The position numbers were made by a program, and so were the translations under genes. 64,000 nucleotides of DNA from Hemiscyllium ocellatum (lineage: Eukaryota). Below, piece after piece: positions 49,628 through 63,429 of the stretch. Within the stretch, counting starts at the first letter, position 1. Each line of letters opens with the position of its first letter. The notes beneath the pieces were generated by a model. It ran no database searches, was not told where the DNA came from, and saw only the letters and a program-made list of their open reading frames with translations. The stretch spans positions 34,161,231 to 34,225,230 of the forward strand of contig NC_083435.1 in NCBI RefSeq assembly GCF_020745735.1, in the 5' to 3' direction.

Positions 49628-50275
49628 TGTGATCAACAATGGACTCAAGAGATGTAATTTCCCGTTTCTTTTATGAAGAGAGGTTGAGACAGAGATTCAA
49701 AGGGCCAGTTTCTGGCCAATAAAATCAATAGCTTGTGAGGTTATGGGTCTTTTGTAAAATTTGGAGCAACAACAGAAGCATATTGTGGTGATGTCAAACT
49801 TCCATAGAACCAGGATTTTACTTTAATTTTCAGTGCTAATTGGAGATTAGAAGCTGCTACATATCTCACCTTGCTATAGCAAAACGCTTGTGTTTTCTTT
49901 CACTCTCTCCCGATTAGTTTTATCTTGACTGATTTCCACCTGAATGCCGAATTGCATGTCAGACAGTCTATTTTACTGAATTTGCCTTAGCTAAGTGTGA
50001 GTTAATGGGATATTGCTATATTGGACCATTTACTATTTAGTCGTGAAATAATCAATATTTCTGTTAAGTTTATCTTTAGAGTTGCTATTTCAATTCTTCT
50101 TTCTTTTGTTTGTGTTTTAACGACAGAGTAAGAATAATGTGTGTTTTCCATCAGGTCTGGTAGTTTGACCAATTGAGTTGTATCCAGAACATAAGCTTCC
50201 CACTTACCTTTAAAAATCAGATAATGTTTATATGGAGTGTATACTTTGAGCTGTTTTGAGCTTATTTATAATGCA
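49628..50275 (+). mobile_element. Gypsy-type 3' LTR preceded by a G-rich PPT-like tract
   Basis: 'tttgggggtggggg' directly before TG. The pre-LTR sequence is shared with 63600-63650. Confidence 0.5.
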
Positions 50276-50569
50276 TTCCAAAATAATGGCGCACGAAATA
50301 CATTATATTTCTCTGGGTACAACCATATGTGTGCATCTGGCTTAGGTAATGAATTGCTGAGAGTAGTGGAAAGTGCACAGGAAAATGGGACATTAATAAA
50401 TGAGGCCAATCAATCTGCACTCGAAATGTCCATGATCTGAGTGGAATGCTCTTTGGAGGGTCCAGGTGGACTGGATGAGATGAATGGCCTGATTCCACAC
50501 TGTAGTGCTTGTATGATTCGACAATTATCCACTTGCTTGTTTTCCCAAACCTAACCCATAGCTGTCGAT

Positions 50570-53500
50570 GATAAAAATATCTCTGCTTGTGGCAGCACAA
50601 TTATTTTCCTTGTATTCCACGTGCTGTGGGATACACTTAATCGGGACAAGTTTTTTTTAATCAAACTTCTCGCATTTTAAGACCACCAGAACCCCCTTTT
50701 CTTTCGTGTGAACACTATTCAGGACATATCTAATTACTTTCCTAAGTTCACTAGCTTCTACTCCTTTTCCCAAAATAAATCCAGAGAAACAATAGAACCT
50801 CATCCATCTTCTGTAGCACCACACATCCATGATAATTTGATCATTAAGGTGCCCAATTCTCAACTTAATTACTCTTTTGCCCTTATTATAATTATAGAAT
50901 CTCTTTGGATTATCCTTAAACTTATCTGCCAAATTCGTTTTTAGTCCTTTCTTTTTAACTCTTCAGATTTTCCTCTTTCAACACTCGTCTACTCCTAACA
51001 GTGATTCAGTGCTCCATACTCTCTCCAGACTTGCCTTTCACGTGAACAGGAACATGCTGACCACGTTCTCTCATTATTTCGCTTCTGAAATCATGCCATT
51101 TGCCTGTTGTTTATTTACCTACAAACAGTCTCCTTCAATCAACATATAGAAATTTCGCTTTAACGCCATCAACTTTGCCCTTGCCCTAATTTAGAATTTT
51201 ACCCTGTGAATCAGATGTATCCTGTTTATGTAACTGTTATGAAACAAGTAGAATTATGCTCTAAGTTTCCAATGCTCTCTTATTGACACCACTGTCACCT
51301 TCATTGCTTATTTCCCAAGGAGATGTTGAATGTTGACACTTCTGTCGTCGGGCCACCTACAAAGAGGATGTTTTTTTTTTGCCCCTGAACACTGACAGTG
51401 AAAACGGACTGTTGCAAAGCGATACTACTATTATACCACCAGTCGAAGTTTGGAAAGGGAAAATTTCCAACTATTATAACACAATTCTTCTTACAGCTAT
51501 CTGCGACCTCCCAACATATTTGCTCCGCATTTCACACTGAATGTTCATGCTCCGATACTAGAAGCCCAAAGAAGTGACCACCCCATTCTTATTTCTCAGT
51601 TCTTCTAATCGAGTCTCACTGTACAATCTCTCAGGCATATCATATCTAAGTACTAATGTGGTGCATGATATAATTTAAAAAAACACTATACGTCGTCTCT
51701 CGCCTTGCCTTTTTATTTTTTCTGCAGGATCTGTACCCTGGAATATATCTGTTCATCAACTATGTTTCCCATATAATTATTATAGCCTATTCCCATGTTC
51801 CAAATCATGCTCTGAGTTTATTTGCCTCGCCAGTCAGTTGTCTTGCTTGCAAAGAAATGCAATTGAATTTATCAGCCATCTTTTATTTCTTGATGTGCTA
51901 TTGCCTGCCTTTCTGTTTAACTTGCTTTCTTTAACTTCTTTACTAACCTCAACCATCTCTTTTGTCTCATTGCTCGTTAGTATACACCAACCTGCCAGGC
52001 TAATTTAACTGTTTCAAAACATTTCCAGCAAATCTCCACACCAGGATGTTTCCCCCGCATCAGTCCCTCTTGTAACCTGTGTAAACAAGGGTAACCTGTC
52101 CCTCTTATCCAGGTCACATCTGTCATAGACGAGGTCCCAATGATCCAAACATTTTTATCACCCACGACTGCATCAGCTCCTCAAACATATATTCATCTGC
52201 CCTATCTTCTTGGTCCGACTCTCCCTTTTATCATTCCTACTGTCGCGATCTTTTGATGTTGAATGGCAGTTTAATGAAGACTGAAAGATAATGGCGAGCA
52301 CATCAGCAATATCCATCCGCTCTTCCTTCAAAATTCTTGGATCCATAGATTCATAAAGTACTAGAACACGGAGACAGGCCCTTTGTCCCAAGTGATACAT
52401 GCTGACCAAAATGTTTGCTCACACTAACCCCATTTCTCCAAACATGGCCCATATCCTTCTAAACATTTTATACACATGTATAGTCCAAATGCCTTTTAAA
52501 TATTGTTAATGTACATGCCTCAACCACTTCAGTTGACAACTCATTCTGTATACATACCACGCTCAGTGAAAAAAATGTTGTCTCTCAAACTCTCTTTTAT
52601 TCTTTCCTCTCTTAAACTGATGTCCGCTCGTCCTTGATTCCCCAGCCCTGGAGAAGACTGAGTCCATTCACTCTTTACAGGTCTTTCATGATCTCATGCA
52701 ATTCTGTAAGATCCCCCATTAGTCCCTCACCCTTCAAAGAAACTCGTCCTAGCTTGTTCAACGTTTCCCTATATCTCAGACATTTGACTTCTGGCAACAT
52801 CGTTGCAAATGTCTTCTGTATTCTTTTACTCTCATAACATTCTTCCTCTAAAAAGGTGACAGAAACTGACTGCAACACTCCAGTTGTGGTCTCACCAACG
52901 TTCTGTACAACTGCAACATAACTTCCCAACTTCTATACTCAATACTGTGATAAAGGCCAACATTTTCTTCACTGCCCTGTGCACTGATGATTCGACTTTC
53001 AGAGAACCGTGCACCTGAACTCCAAGGCACCTCTGCTCCACTACACTAGATAAGGACCTACCATTCACCATGAAACCGCTATCTTGATTTGACGTTCCAA
53101 AATGCAAGACTTCACGCTTACCTGTATTAAACTCCATTTGCCATTTCCAGCCTGTTTCGCAAGCTGATCAAGATCCTGCTGCAATTTCTGCTAACTTTCC
53201 TCACTATCCACGATGCCACCTGTTTTAGTGTCATCTGCAAACTTGCTATTCATGCCTAGCACATTCTCATCCAAATAATTGACAAAGATAACGAACAGTA
53301 ATTGACCCAGCACTGAACCCTGTGACACACCATTTGTGAAACGCTTTCAGTCCTACAAATATCCTTCCAATATTACCGTCAGATTTCTGCCATCAAGCCT
53401 TTTGTGTACGCAATTTGCCAGCTCCGCCGGATACTATGCGATCTAACCACCCAGAGCAGGCTCACATGTGGACCTTATCAAAGGTCTTAAAGAAATCCAA

Positions 53501-53700
53501 GCAGAGTACATTTGCTGCCTTGCCCTCCTCAAAGTTGCTAGAATCTTCATCAAAGAGCTCTGACAAAATTGTGAGGCATGATTTCCCTTGCACAAAGATA
53601 TGCTAACTACTTTAAATCAAAATCTGTTTTTCCAAATGCCTATATCTTGTTCCTTAGAATCTTCTCAAGTGACTTACCTTCCACAGATGTGTTAGGTAAG
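50570..53700 (-). mobile_element. Mosaic of CR1 fragments (endonuclease-proximal pieces 50570-52180; RT to tail 52340-53700)
   Basis: 'FKDNPKRFYNY.KGKRV', 'MEFNTGKREVLHFG', 'LQLYRTLVRPQLECC.QF'. Confidence 0.8.
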
Positions 53701-54029
53701 TCATCGGTCCTTGTGCTTTCATCTCATCTCATCATATTGGTCTTTGTGATTTCCCATTATAAAGCAGATCTATACTCCAGTGTAATGAGACGATACAAAA
53801 GATAGCAATGATTGCTGTCGTCAAGTAGACGTAGACAGAGCCAAAACAGGCAAAGCTTTCATAAGCTAGGCTTGCTTCATGGTCTCGATTTCTTACTCAT
53901 TTTTAGTTCTGCTTGGGCAAGGTAATGATTGAAAATACATGGATGTAGTAAACCTGATGTCCAAGGCCTGATTGCAAATGATGTGATGCAGCAATCCATG
54001 CCTGTGTGGATTATGTGAAGAGTGCAAAA

Positions 54030-54100
54030 ATGCTTTTCCAGAAATGTTAGCAAACATTGAAGCAAAATACAAATTGTTTCGTGCTGCAGTGGAGGATTCG
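54030..54100 (+). pseudogene. Possible decayed exon 1 of the second GPR139-like gene
   Basis: ATG...ATTGAAGCA...G|GT, 71 nt versus 70 nt for exon 1 at 39611 ('NIEAKY' versus 'HIEAVY'). Followed about 0.6 kb later by sequence homologous to the first gene's intron. Confidence 0.35.
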
Positions 54101-54999
54101 GTGGATGCACACCATAAAATATGTAAAATATAGCTAATAGAAGGAAATTAATATGAAGGCAGGTAGGATGTTTTAGGATTTCTGACACGTTAGAAGTTCA
54201 TGAACTGTAAATTCAAATGATTAATTGAATTTCCTGAAAGATACCACAGTATGCCAGTGAGCATCGCTGATGCAAAGCAGTCCACATCAAGATTTTCGCC
54301 TCACCAGAAGAGAATTGCATCTGCTTCGCCAAATTTGTTTTAACATTTGTCTTCCTAGCCAGTCTGATCTTGTACATTGTCATATTTTGCATTAACGAAT
54401 GAATATCACAGTCAAATATCTGAAAAAAGCCCCTGCCTTCAATTAATATTTATTTCAAATTAAATGTAAATCTCTTATTCTTTATCTCTATCCATGCTGT
54501 ATGTTTCTATGACTCGAAGACTGATTCCCTGATGAAGGAACTGCATCTCAAGAAGTGAAAGAATGACGCTGTTAGGTTTGAGATCGTCTGGACTAATGTG
54601 CTGTCAGCTTTCAATTCCGAGTTAGGATGTTGTGCAATCTGAAAATAGGATTATTGATTTCAGTCTTCACAAGTACCTGCTCCCCATGTCTATTTACGAG
54701 TTTGGACACCACAGATTTGGGCGATGGGGCACCCTGAAACATTGTGAAATACTTCTGTTCCTGGATAGGAAGCAAAATTTATGACATGACCAGTGATGGA
54801 TGGAACAATTGTTTAACTTGTAAGTATCTCTAAATTGAGCATGTTTGTCGTCATGGTGTCAGATTACACACAGTCACATTGGCTTCAATTGTTCATGTGG
54901 AATTCTCCAGTATAAATGACAATGGGGATTTTGGTGTTGTCTTGTGGCCCAACACGTAGCATCCTTTTAACTTAAAATAGAGTCAATCAGATCACGTAG

Positions 55000-57174
55000 A
55001 TTTAGAGCATGGGAACAGGTGTTTTCATCTAACCTGATCTTGCCACTCAGCTTTCGCAATTACTCAAGGCCCATTTGTCTACATCTGGTCCATATCCATC
55101 CAAACCTGTCCAATCCATAAACCTGTGCAAACATATCTTAAATAATAAAATTACACATGCCTCCATCACTGCATTTGGCAGCCTGTTCCAAATATTCATC
55201 GATTTCTGCGTGAAAACGTCCCTTATTTCAATAACTTACATCCAATCCATTACATCTATGTTTAGACTCCTCTACCATGGGAAAAAGTTGTTGGCTATCT
55301 ACCTGATCTATGCCTCTCATGATTTGATTGAACTCTGTAAGATCCTTTGTCCCCTACACCCATGTCAAGGCAAATCTCTACTATCTAGCCTCTCCTTTTA
55401 GTCAAACCTTACAATCCAGATAGAATTCTAGTTTGATAATATCATTTCTATACTTGGGAAGTCAGAGCTGCATGCAGTATTACTGATGTGGCCTTGCTGC
55501 CATAAGACGTCCTCACTCTTGTACTCAGTGCTCTGAAACGATGATAGCAAGCATGCGGAAAACATTCTGTACCATTCATTCTATCCGTGACTGCACTTTC
55601 AAGGAACTATAATCACGTAACCCTAGATAGAACACCCCAGGGATCTACCATTGCCTGTGTAAGCCCTTCCCTGATTTGACTTATGAAAATGAAACATCTT
55701 TCATTTATCTAAATTAAACTCCATGCACAATTTATCAGCCCACTGGTCCAGTTGATCAACATGTTTATTTATACTCAGATAACCTACTTCAGGATTCACT
55801 ATACTACCAGACTTGATGCCATCCACAAACGTATGAACCATACCTCCGAAATGCCCATACAAATCATTTCTCTAAATGATGAACAGCTGTGGACTCAGCA
55901 CTGACCCCTGTGGCGCACTGCTGGTCACAGGTGTCCCGCTTGAAAAACAACTCCCTACTGCCACTCTCTGTTTCAGACCATAAATCCAATTTTGTAACCC
56001 ATTGACGTGCTTTCCTTGGATTCCATGTGAAACAACCCTCCATGTGGTACCTTGTCAAAGGTCTTGCTAAAGTCCATTTAGACAACATTTATTGCGCTGC
56101 CCTCACAAATCTTCTTTGTTATCTCTTCAAAAAAAAGCAGTTGGACACGATTTCCCACGCACAAAGGCAAGTTGACTTCCCAAATGAGCCCTTGCGTGTG
56201 TAAATGTCAGTAAGTTATGTATCTCAGAATCCCCTTTGATTTATCATCATAGGCGTTAAGGTAATCGATTTGTGTTTCACAGACATTGTTCTGCAGCCTT
56301 TCTTACATAATGGCACGACATTAGCCACTCTGTAATTTTCAAGCACTACACCCCAACTGTTGATGGTAGAACTACTTCCGCTAGGGGCTAAGCAATTTCC
56401 TCTCTAACCTCTCACATAAATCTGGAATATGTGAATTCATTATGTCCCCATATGTTAGCTGCCTTATGCGTTTAAAAACTTCCAACACCTCCTCTTCTTT
56501 GATACAGATTCTCTTCAAAGTATCAGCATTTATTTTCACAAGTTTCCAAGCATTCATCCCTTTCTTCAAGTAATACTGAAGAGATGCATTCATTAAGAAT
56601 CTCACTCACCTCTTGTGGCTCTTAACATAAACGACCTTGTTGATCTTTAAGAGGTCCTGTTTTCTCTCAATTACTCTTTAGCCCATCATGTGCCTGTGAA
56701 TCTTTTTGGATTCTACTTTAACTTATTTGCCAAATCCATGGCGTGTCCGCATTTAACCGCCCTGATTCATCCCATCAGTGCACTCGGGCTTCCTCTATAA
56801 TCATCAAGGAATTCACTTGAACCAAACTGCCTGTACGCAACTTATGCCACCTTATATTTCTTGACCTGTGCCTCAATGAATAGACTCTTTCAGGATTCCC
56901 CAATTTTTCCAGCCTCACTCTTTGCTCTAACAGGAATATGCTGACCCCACACCGTTAACTCACTCTTGAAAACGTTTCAGTTACTGGATGTCCCGTTGCC
57001 TGCTAACACCCTCCCTGAATCAACTTCGAAACGTTCCTGTCTGAGATGACCAAACTTGGTCTCTCTTCAACTTAGAAATTTAAGTACTAGGTCAGACATA
57101 TCCTTATCAGTCGCTATTTGAAAATTCATGCAATATGGTTATGAATCCTACAGTTCCAACACCCCGCCACCCCA

Positions 57175-57215
<41 letters not shown>

Positions 57216-58280
57216 CACACACACTCACACACCCCATTATAACCCTACTATTTATGTAGCTATCTGCGATTACTTTACATACTTGCTCCTCAATTTCTCA
57301 CTGAATGTCGGCGTCGGGGTTTGGCAGTATAGCACTATATTATCAAAGTGATTTCCCCATTTTTATTTCTCAGTTCCACCCATATAAACTGAATGGATGA
57401 AGCATCAAGAATATTCTGTCTCAGTACTGCCGAGTATTCTCCCAAATCAAAAAATCAATGACCACTCCCCTTTTATTACCTGCCCTCTCTATTCGGATAG
57501 CATCTTAACCCAGAAAGTTGAACTGGCAGTGATATCCTTCCCCTTAGCCATGTTTCAGTAATACCTATAACATTGCAGTTCATTTTATCATTTGCTCATC
57601 CATTTCCCGAGTTCATTGCCTTACCTCTAAAGACTTTTTGCACTGAAATAAACGCAGTTTAACGCAGACTTCCATTGTTGCCTGCTCTGCAGCTGTTTGC
57701 CCTGTCTCAGACTACGATCACCAACACCGTATTTTGCTATTTAACTTGCTGGCATTGTCTTCTATGCTGTCCTCAAATTTCTTTTTCGCTCTCTACTTTG
57801 GATCTGACTCCAATCCCAGACTTGCCAAATCCCTCCTGAGTGGCTGAATCAAATCGTCCCGCCAGGGCACTGTCCCATTCCAGTTCACTTGCAACTTGTT
57901 CCTCGTGTACAGGTCACTTATACCCCAGAAGAGATTCCAATGATGCAAGAATCTGAATCCATTTACCCTTCACTGGCTCTCAAGCGGTGTAGCCGTCTTC
58001 AAAACCTTCCTATTCTTTCTCTCACGAAAACATTTTCCTGGTAGTAATCCAGAAACTATGATCTTTGAGGCCCTGCAGTTTAACCTTTTACCTAACTCTC
58101 TGTTACGACTCTCCAGGAACTCATCTCTTTTCCCACCTACGTCGTTTGTATCAATAATTCACCTCCCCCTGAATGATTTCATGCAATTGTTCATACATGT
58201 CCCCGATCCTGACACCTGGGAGGCACCACACCGTCCTGGAGCTTCGATCACAGTCACAGAAACAATTGTCTGTGTCCCCA
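55000..58280 (-). mobile_element. Long old CR1 remnant (tail at left, endonuclease/ORF1-proximal at right)
   Basis: 'VYXDFSKTFDKVP' equivalent 'SKWTLARPLTRYH' in an alternate frame, 'ICIKEEEVLEVFKRI', colinear domain order. Confidence 0.75.
57175..57231. repeat. (CA)n microsatellite, about 28 units, slightly interrupted
   Basis: Direct reading. Confidence 0.95.
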
Positions 58281-58584
58281 GTTCCTGTTGGAAGACTTGC
58301 CACCGACAGAAGGTGCGTTCATACCATGGTTGAACAGATTGTTTCATCTGGTCGAATGTGCTCATTCACCTGAAAGCCATCGAGCAAATTTGTGATTGGG
58401 TGACAGTTGTGTGATAGACTCTTAAAGAAGAGAGACACTCTTAAAGATGCGTGGATATCAGGCGAGTTACCGAGCCAGTCTTGCCGTAATCTCTCACATT
58501 CCCCCAATAAAATTTAGAGATGGGCTTCGTTATACAGTATCATGCCTGAGGTGTTTTCCACAATAGAAAATAAGGATAGATTTG

Positions 58585-58945
58585 GCCACCGTCCTGAAAA
58601 TTGCCAGTGGGGCAATTGAACCGATAGAACCATCAGGAGGAAAGAAAGAGAAATGAATAAACCAATAATCAACACTTTAGCATAATAAAGATACAGTTTA
58701 TAAGAGCAACAGAATGCCTACGCCAGACCATAACATTCCTTCCCCTCCACCCGATCTATTGATTTGACTATGCTCCCGAAAATTGCCAAAAGAACAGTTC
58801 AACTGGTAAAATCATCAGGAGGAAAGTAAGAGAAATGAACAAACCAATGGTTAAAATCCCAGACGATATAGTCACAGAATGTTAGAGCAATCGAATCCCT
58901 CTGCCAAAACAAATTGAACCTTCCCCTCTACCTGACATCATGGAG
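58585..58945. repeat. Diverged two-unit tandem repeat, period 182 bp
   Basis: gaaaattgcca at 58596 and 58778; catcaggaggaaag at 58631 and 58813. Confidence 0.8.
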
Positions 58946-59379
58946 CCAACTTTATACGTTATAACGATTCCCCATTTCAGACTCTACTACTCCAGAGAAA
59001 AAAATATTTCCCAGTCGATCCAATCTCTGCACAAGTATAGCCCTTTAATCCATTCAAACTCGAGGTAAATCTCCTCTGCATATTATTCACTGAAATGAAA
59101 ATTTCTTCTGTAATGTGAATCCCACAAGTACACACAATAGTCTAGTTGTGGCCTAAAAATGTGCAGTTATGACATATATTCCTGGCTGTTAAATTCTAAG
59201 CCTGAGCTGATAAACTAAAGGATCCAATAATCCTGCATAACCACTTTATGTAACAATCCCCACGACGTTAAGGGACCGGTGGACATGCACATCAAAGTTC
59301 ATCTGAAACTGTCTGCTTCCCAGGGTAAAAACATTTAATTGCGTGCCTTGCCTTGTTTGTCTTGCCAACATATAAGTCA

Positions 59380-60300
59380 AACAGCGGGTCCCTCACACTA
59401 ATGACTACTGAATCCCACAGGACACAAACGTCCAATCAGGTACTTCTTAGATGCTGAAGCAGTCCATATTCAAATACAACAAGATATCCACAATATTCAG
59501 GCTTGGATTGAAAGGGGGCAAGAAATATTTGTGTCACACAAATGCCAGGCTATTACCATCATCAATAAGAAACAATCTAACAACCACCTCTTGACGTTCA
59601 AAGGTGTTACCATAACTGAATCCCCCAGTATCACCATTCTGGACTTTATCATTGACCAGAAATTCAACTGGATTCACCACATAAACACAATTGTTACAAC
59701 AGCAGGACAAAAACTAGGAAAACTGAGTCGAGTAACTCCACACCTGAATCCTCAAAGACTGTCCACCATCCTCAAGGCATAACTCAGGATTGTGATGGAA
59801 TACTCATCACTTGCAAGGATGAGTGCACCCACAACACTGAGGAAGCTTGACACCATCCAGGACAAAGCAGCCCACTTGATTGACACAACATCACGAACAT
59901 CCATTTCTTCTATGACCAACGCTCAGTAGCAGTAATGTGTACTACCTCCAAAAGGCGCTGTGGTAATTCACCAATGAAACTCAGACAGCACCTTCCAATC
60001 CCACGAATACTTCCTTCTCAGTGGACAAGGGCAGCAGAAATATGAGGATATCACCAACTTCAAGCTCCCCTCCAAGCCACTTACTATCTGATTCGGAAAT
60101 ATATCAACGTTCCTTCATGTCACTTGGGAAAAAATCCTGGAATTCCCCCATACCTCAATGGCATTATTGGTCAACCCCACAGCAAGTGGACTGCAGCGGT
60201 ACAAAAAAGCTATTAACCACCACTTCTCAAGGGCAACTAGGGACTCACAACCAATGCTTGTCAGCCAGCAAAGCCCACATCCCACAAATTAATTTTTAAA
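59380..60300 (+). mobile_element. LINE (CR1/L2 group) 3' fragment
   Basis: 'DQKFNWIHHINTIVTTAGQKLGKL', 'LDTIQDKAAHL'. Confidence 0.8.
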
Positions 60301-62566
60301 ATGTTAGAAAAAAACAAATCCAACACAACCCTTTGCAGTTTGCCAGTTTTGAAGTCATTTAGCTGAATTTCCTTAGCACAAATGGCTTTGAGCCTCTCTG
60401 CCAGTCTCCCAAGTGGAATTTTAGCGAAAGCCTTGCTGAAGTCCAAATAGTTTCGACAAAATTCATTTGCTGTTAGAAATGCAGGGAATAGTCCTCGGGT
60501 GTTCGACAAATATATACTATTGCTGGGATGTCTCGATTTTTGTCTAAAGCCTCAAAATGATGAATCAGTTATAATAAAAGGGAAAGTGTCTTCAGATCAA
60601 ATAATGATTCTTCGAATTTTTTCATGTCTGAAAGGAATGGATAGTCTTCCGTTGAGTGTATCCATGGCCAATACCTCCAAATATTTGGAGAATGATGTTA
60701 AGTGAAATTTGAATACAATACGAATACTGTGATCATCAATGTCATGACCACATTCACTAGCAAAGGACCACAGATACAATTCCTCGACTGCTTATATCCG
60801 CTATTGTGTTAACTGGATTCAGAATGCTTTTAAATTCAGATGAGGCAGTATAAGCAACACATCTACGTTGACGAGAAATATATTTTTCAGAGCTGTTATT
60901 TCATGTTTTTCTCTTTATTGTTTTTCTTTTCATTACTCCCATCAGAAATCTCGCTTCTTTTTAAGGTCGATCATGAATTATGCATTACCTCAAGTCCCAT
61001 CACTGCATACACAAATACCTTCACTGTGTAAATACCCCATATGATATGCTGTAGCTGTATACTTTATTAGATTGTTACATTATGACGTTGTTTACTTATG
61101 TTTCAACGAAAAAGATCATTGTACTTATTCTAATGTATACCTGATAAAAATCTGAATGAGTATTCTGTTGAAAATTAAAGGAGACCCCTTTTTTTAACTA
61201 GGAAGTAGTTGCATTGTGTTCACACTAGAACACGTTCATAACAGAATTACAGCAGTGGTCCCACTGGTCTTAATGCTGTCAGAATGTAGACATTTATGTT
61301 TTGAATTGCATAACTACTTTTTAACTAACTGGGAAGGGCTCCAAAGTATAGCTTATTAGAGTGTCAACTGGAAACAAAGTCCATGAGCTTGCCTTTACCA
61401 TGTAGAAGTCCTCAGGTGGTGGATAGTTTTCAATGCACATAAGACTGACAGGCACGGTTCGTCCTCCATTTCAATGGTCAACATTACTGAGCAAATGGAA
61501 GCCAAATATCTGAGGTGGAGTTTGCATTCAACTCAATAAACATTAAGAGATGAGTTATAACGAGGCTAACGTAAGTGAGAGAACAAATTGACAGAGAATA
61601 TTCAACAAGATCTACAATTAACGTTTACTTAAACAAGGAAAAGTAAGACAGGAAGTAAAGACTCAGTTCCTAGAATCAATTTACGCTGGCATTGATGAAG
61701 GATTGTATAATAGGCAGGCAACAACGAGCTTGACTAAATCTGTTATTCTCAGATTAGGAGGCTGTAGGAAATGGAATGCTCATTAAGAATTTGATCACCT
61801 TATAATTAACAGTATGAAAATAAATCATTTCAGTATTCTGAGGTATTGTTGTAAATCTGCATTGTGGAAAGGGTAGGACATCAAATCTCTTTGGTTGGTT
61901 TGGCAACCACCTTAGCTCTGTATCCTGACAGACACAACGAATTTTCTCTGTAATGCAACAAACTGCACATCGTTTACTAAAGGGGAGATGTTCACAGAGG
62001 GATATTTTCAGTATAGCCAACTATTACTTCATTATCTTCCATTCGGCTCTAAGTTTACAGCTAAATAAATCCTAATCTTAATCATCAGTTGATGGGAAGC
62101 AGTTGCATACCTCTTTGTTTTTCAATTCAACTCCATAGTTCCTCTGCCATTTGACGAATCATTATTATTCGCGCAGCATGCCAATAAATCACACGCAGGT
62201 TTTCATATGACTCTGGAACAGTATTCCTCAATCTAGAACACTGGAATAAATAAGGATTCTTTGCAATTTCAGAAGCGTGCTCTCTGTTTCTGCCATAAAT
62301 ATTCTACCCAGACCAGTCCATATTTGTACCTGGGATGACAAATTGCTTGTACTGACACATTGTTCTAATTCAGTTCTTCAAAGCCAGTGCATCTAAATCA
62401 TCAAATGATGTCACAGAGAATAATTATGGATCATATTCTGTAAGAGTAAAGTAAAGCAGATTTGTTGGGTGAGGGGAAAGGACATAATTTAACACATTTT
62501 ATCCAGTTAATTATCATTTTGTCATGAATAGAAATACTAACTTCAGTTTCCAAACTTTCTTTTAAG

Positions 62567-63295
62567 TAAGGTATTATTGTGAATTTTTGCCATGGAAATT
62601 GTGGTCTCTCCAGATGTATCACACGTTAAATAGTGGCAGGAGCAGCAACGGATCACGTGCTAATATTTAAACTAACTATGCATGTGGTTGAAACGATCTG
62701 TTTTGCAAAATCGTTTCTGGATTGCACTTCATTTGTCCTCTTACCTTTGCTTTCACTTTTTTGTCCATTGACTGTTCTATTTGGTTAAAAGTTGCTTTGA
62801 ACTTTCATCGCTCTGCTGCTAAAAGTTGAGAGTCAAATACTGCACAGAGAAAATGTCTGCTGCTGTCACTACAACCATTGTTTTTGTACGTTGCGCTTTA
62901 GAAAACATGTCATCTTATTTTGCAACGACTAGGAGTAAGTGAGGACTGCAAACCCTGGAAATCAGAGTCAAAAATTGTGGTTCTGAAAATGCACAGCATG
63001 CCAGTCGGCATCTGACGAGAAGTTAATGGTACTGGCATAAGCCCTTCAACACGGGAATCGATCTTGACAATATGGAATAGTTCTGTATTGTAAAATACGA
63101 TTTCGATGTTTTATTGCATATTTGGAGGTCTTGCTTGTGCCTTATTATTATTTTGACCCCATTTGCTACGTTTTCCTTTATTTCTTTGTTCAATGGTCCT
63201 ACCATCAGGCACATTGTAACGAGTAACAAAGCAAGAAAAAGCTTCAGGCAAAATATCATAGATGCAGAGGAGCAAAATCGCAGCATTTCCATGTG
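62567..63295 (+). pseudogene. GPR139-like GPCR pseudogene, exon 2 remnant
   Basis: 'CHGNCGLSRCITR*' (TAA 62627-62629), 'KSFLDCTS', 'KYCTEK', 'ILTPFATFSFISLFNGPTIRHI' align with 45595-46210. Frameshifts, a repeat inserted at 62935-63060, and 3' truncation before TM6. Confidence 0.88.
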
Positions 63296-63429
63296 AATAT
63301 TTTCAATGAAAGACTCAACCTAAAATGATAGCTCTGTTTTTTGTCCTTTTTGTTGCCTGATCTGCTGAGTTTTATAAACAGTTTTATTTCATTCATTTCG
63401 CTTCAGATCTCCAGTATCTGCAGTGCTTT

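Noticed and set aside
60480-60800. Minus-strand protein-like reading ('GPLLVNVVMTLMITVFVLYSNF*HHSPNIWRYWPW...')
   Set aside because: Interrupted by stops, no recognisable family or splice sites, and adjacent to CR1 debris. A tBLASTx search would settle it.
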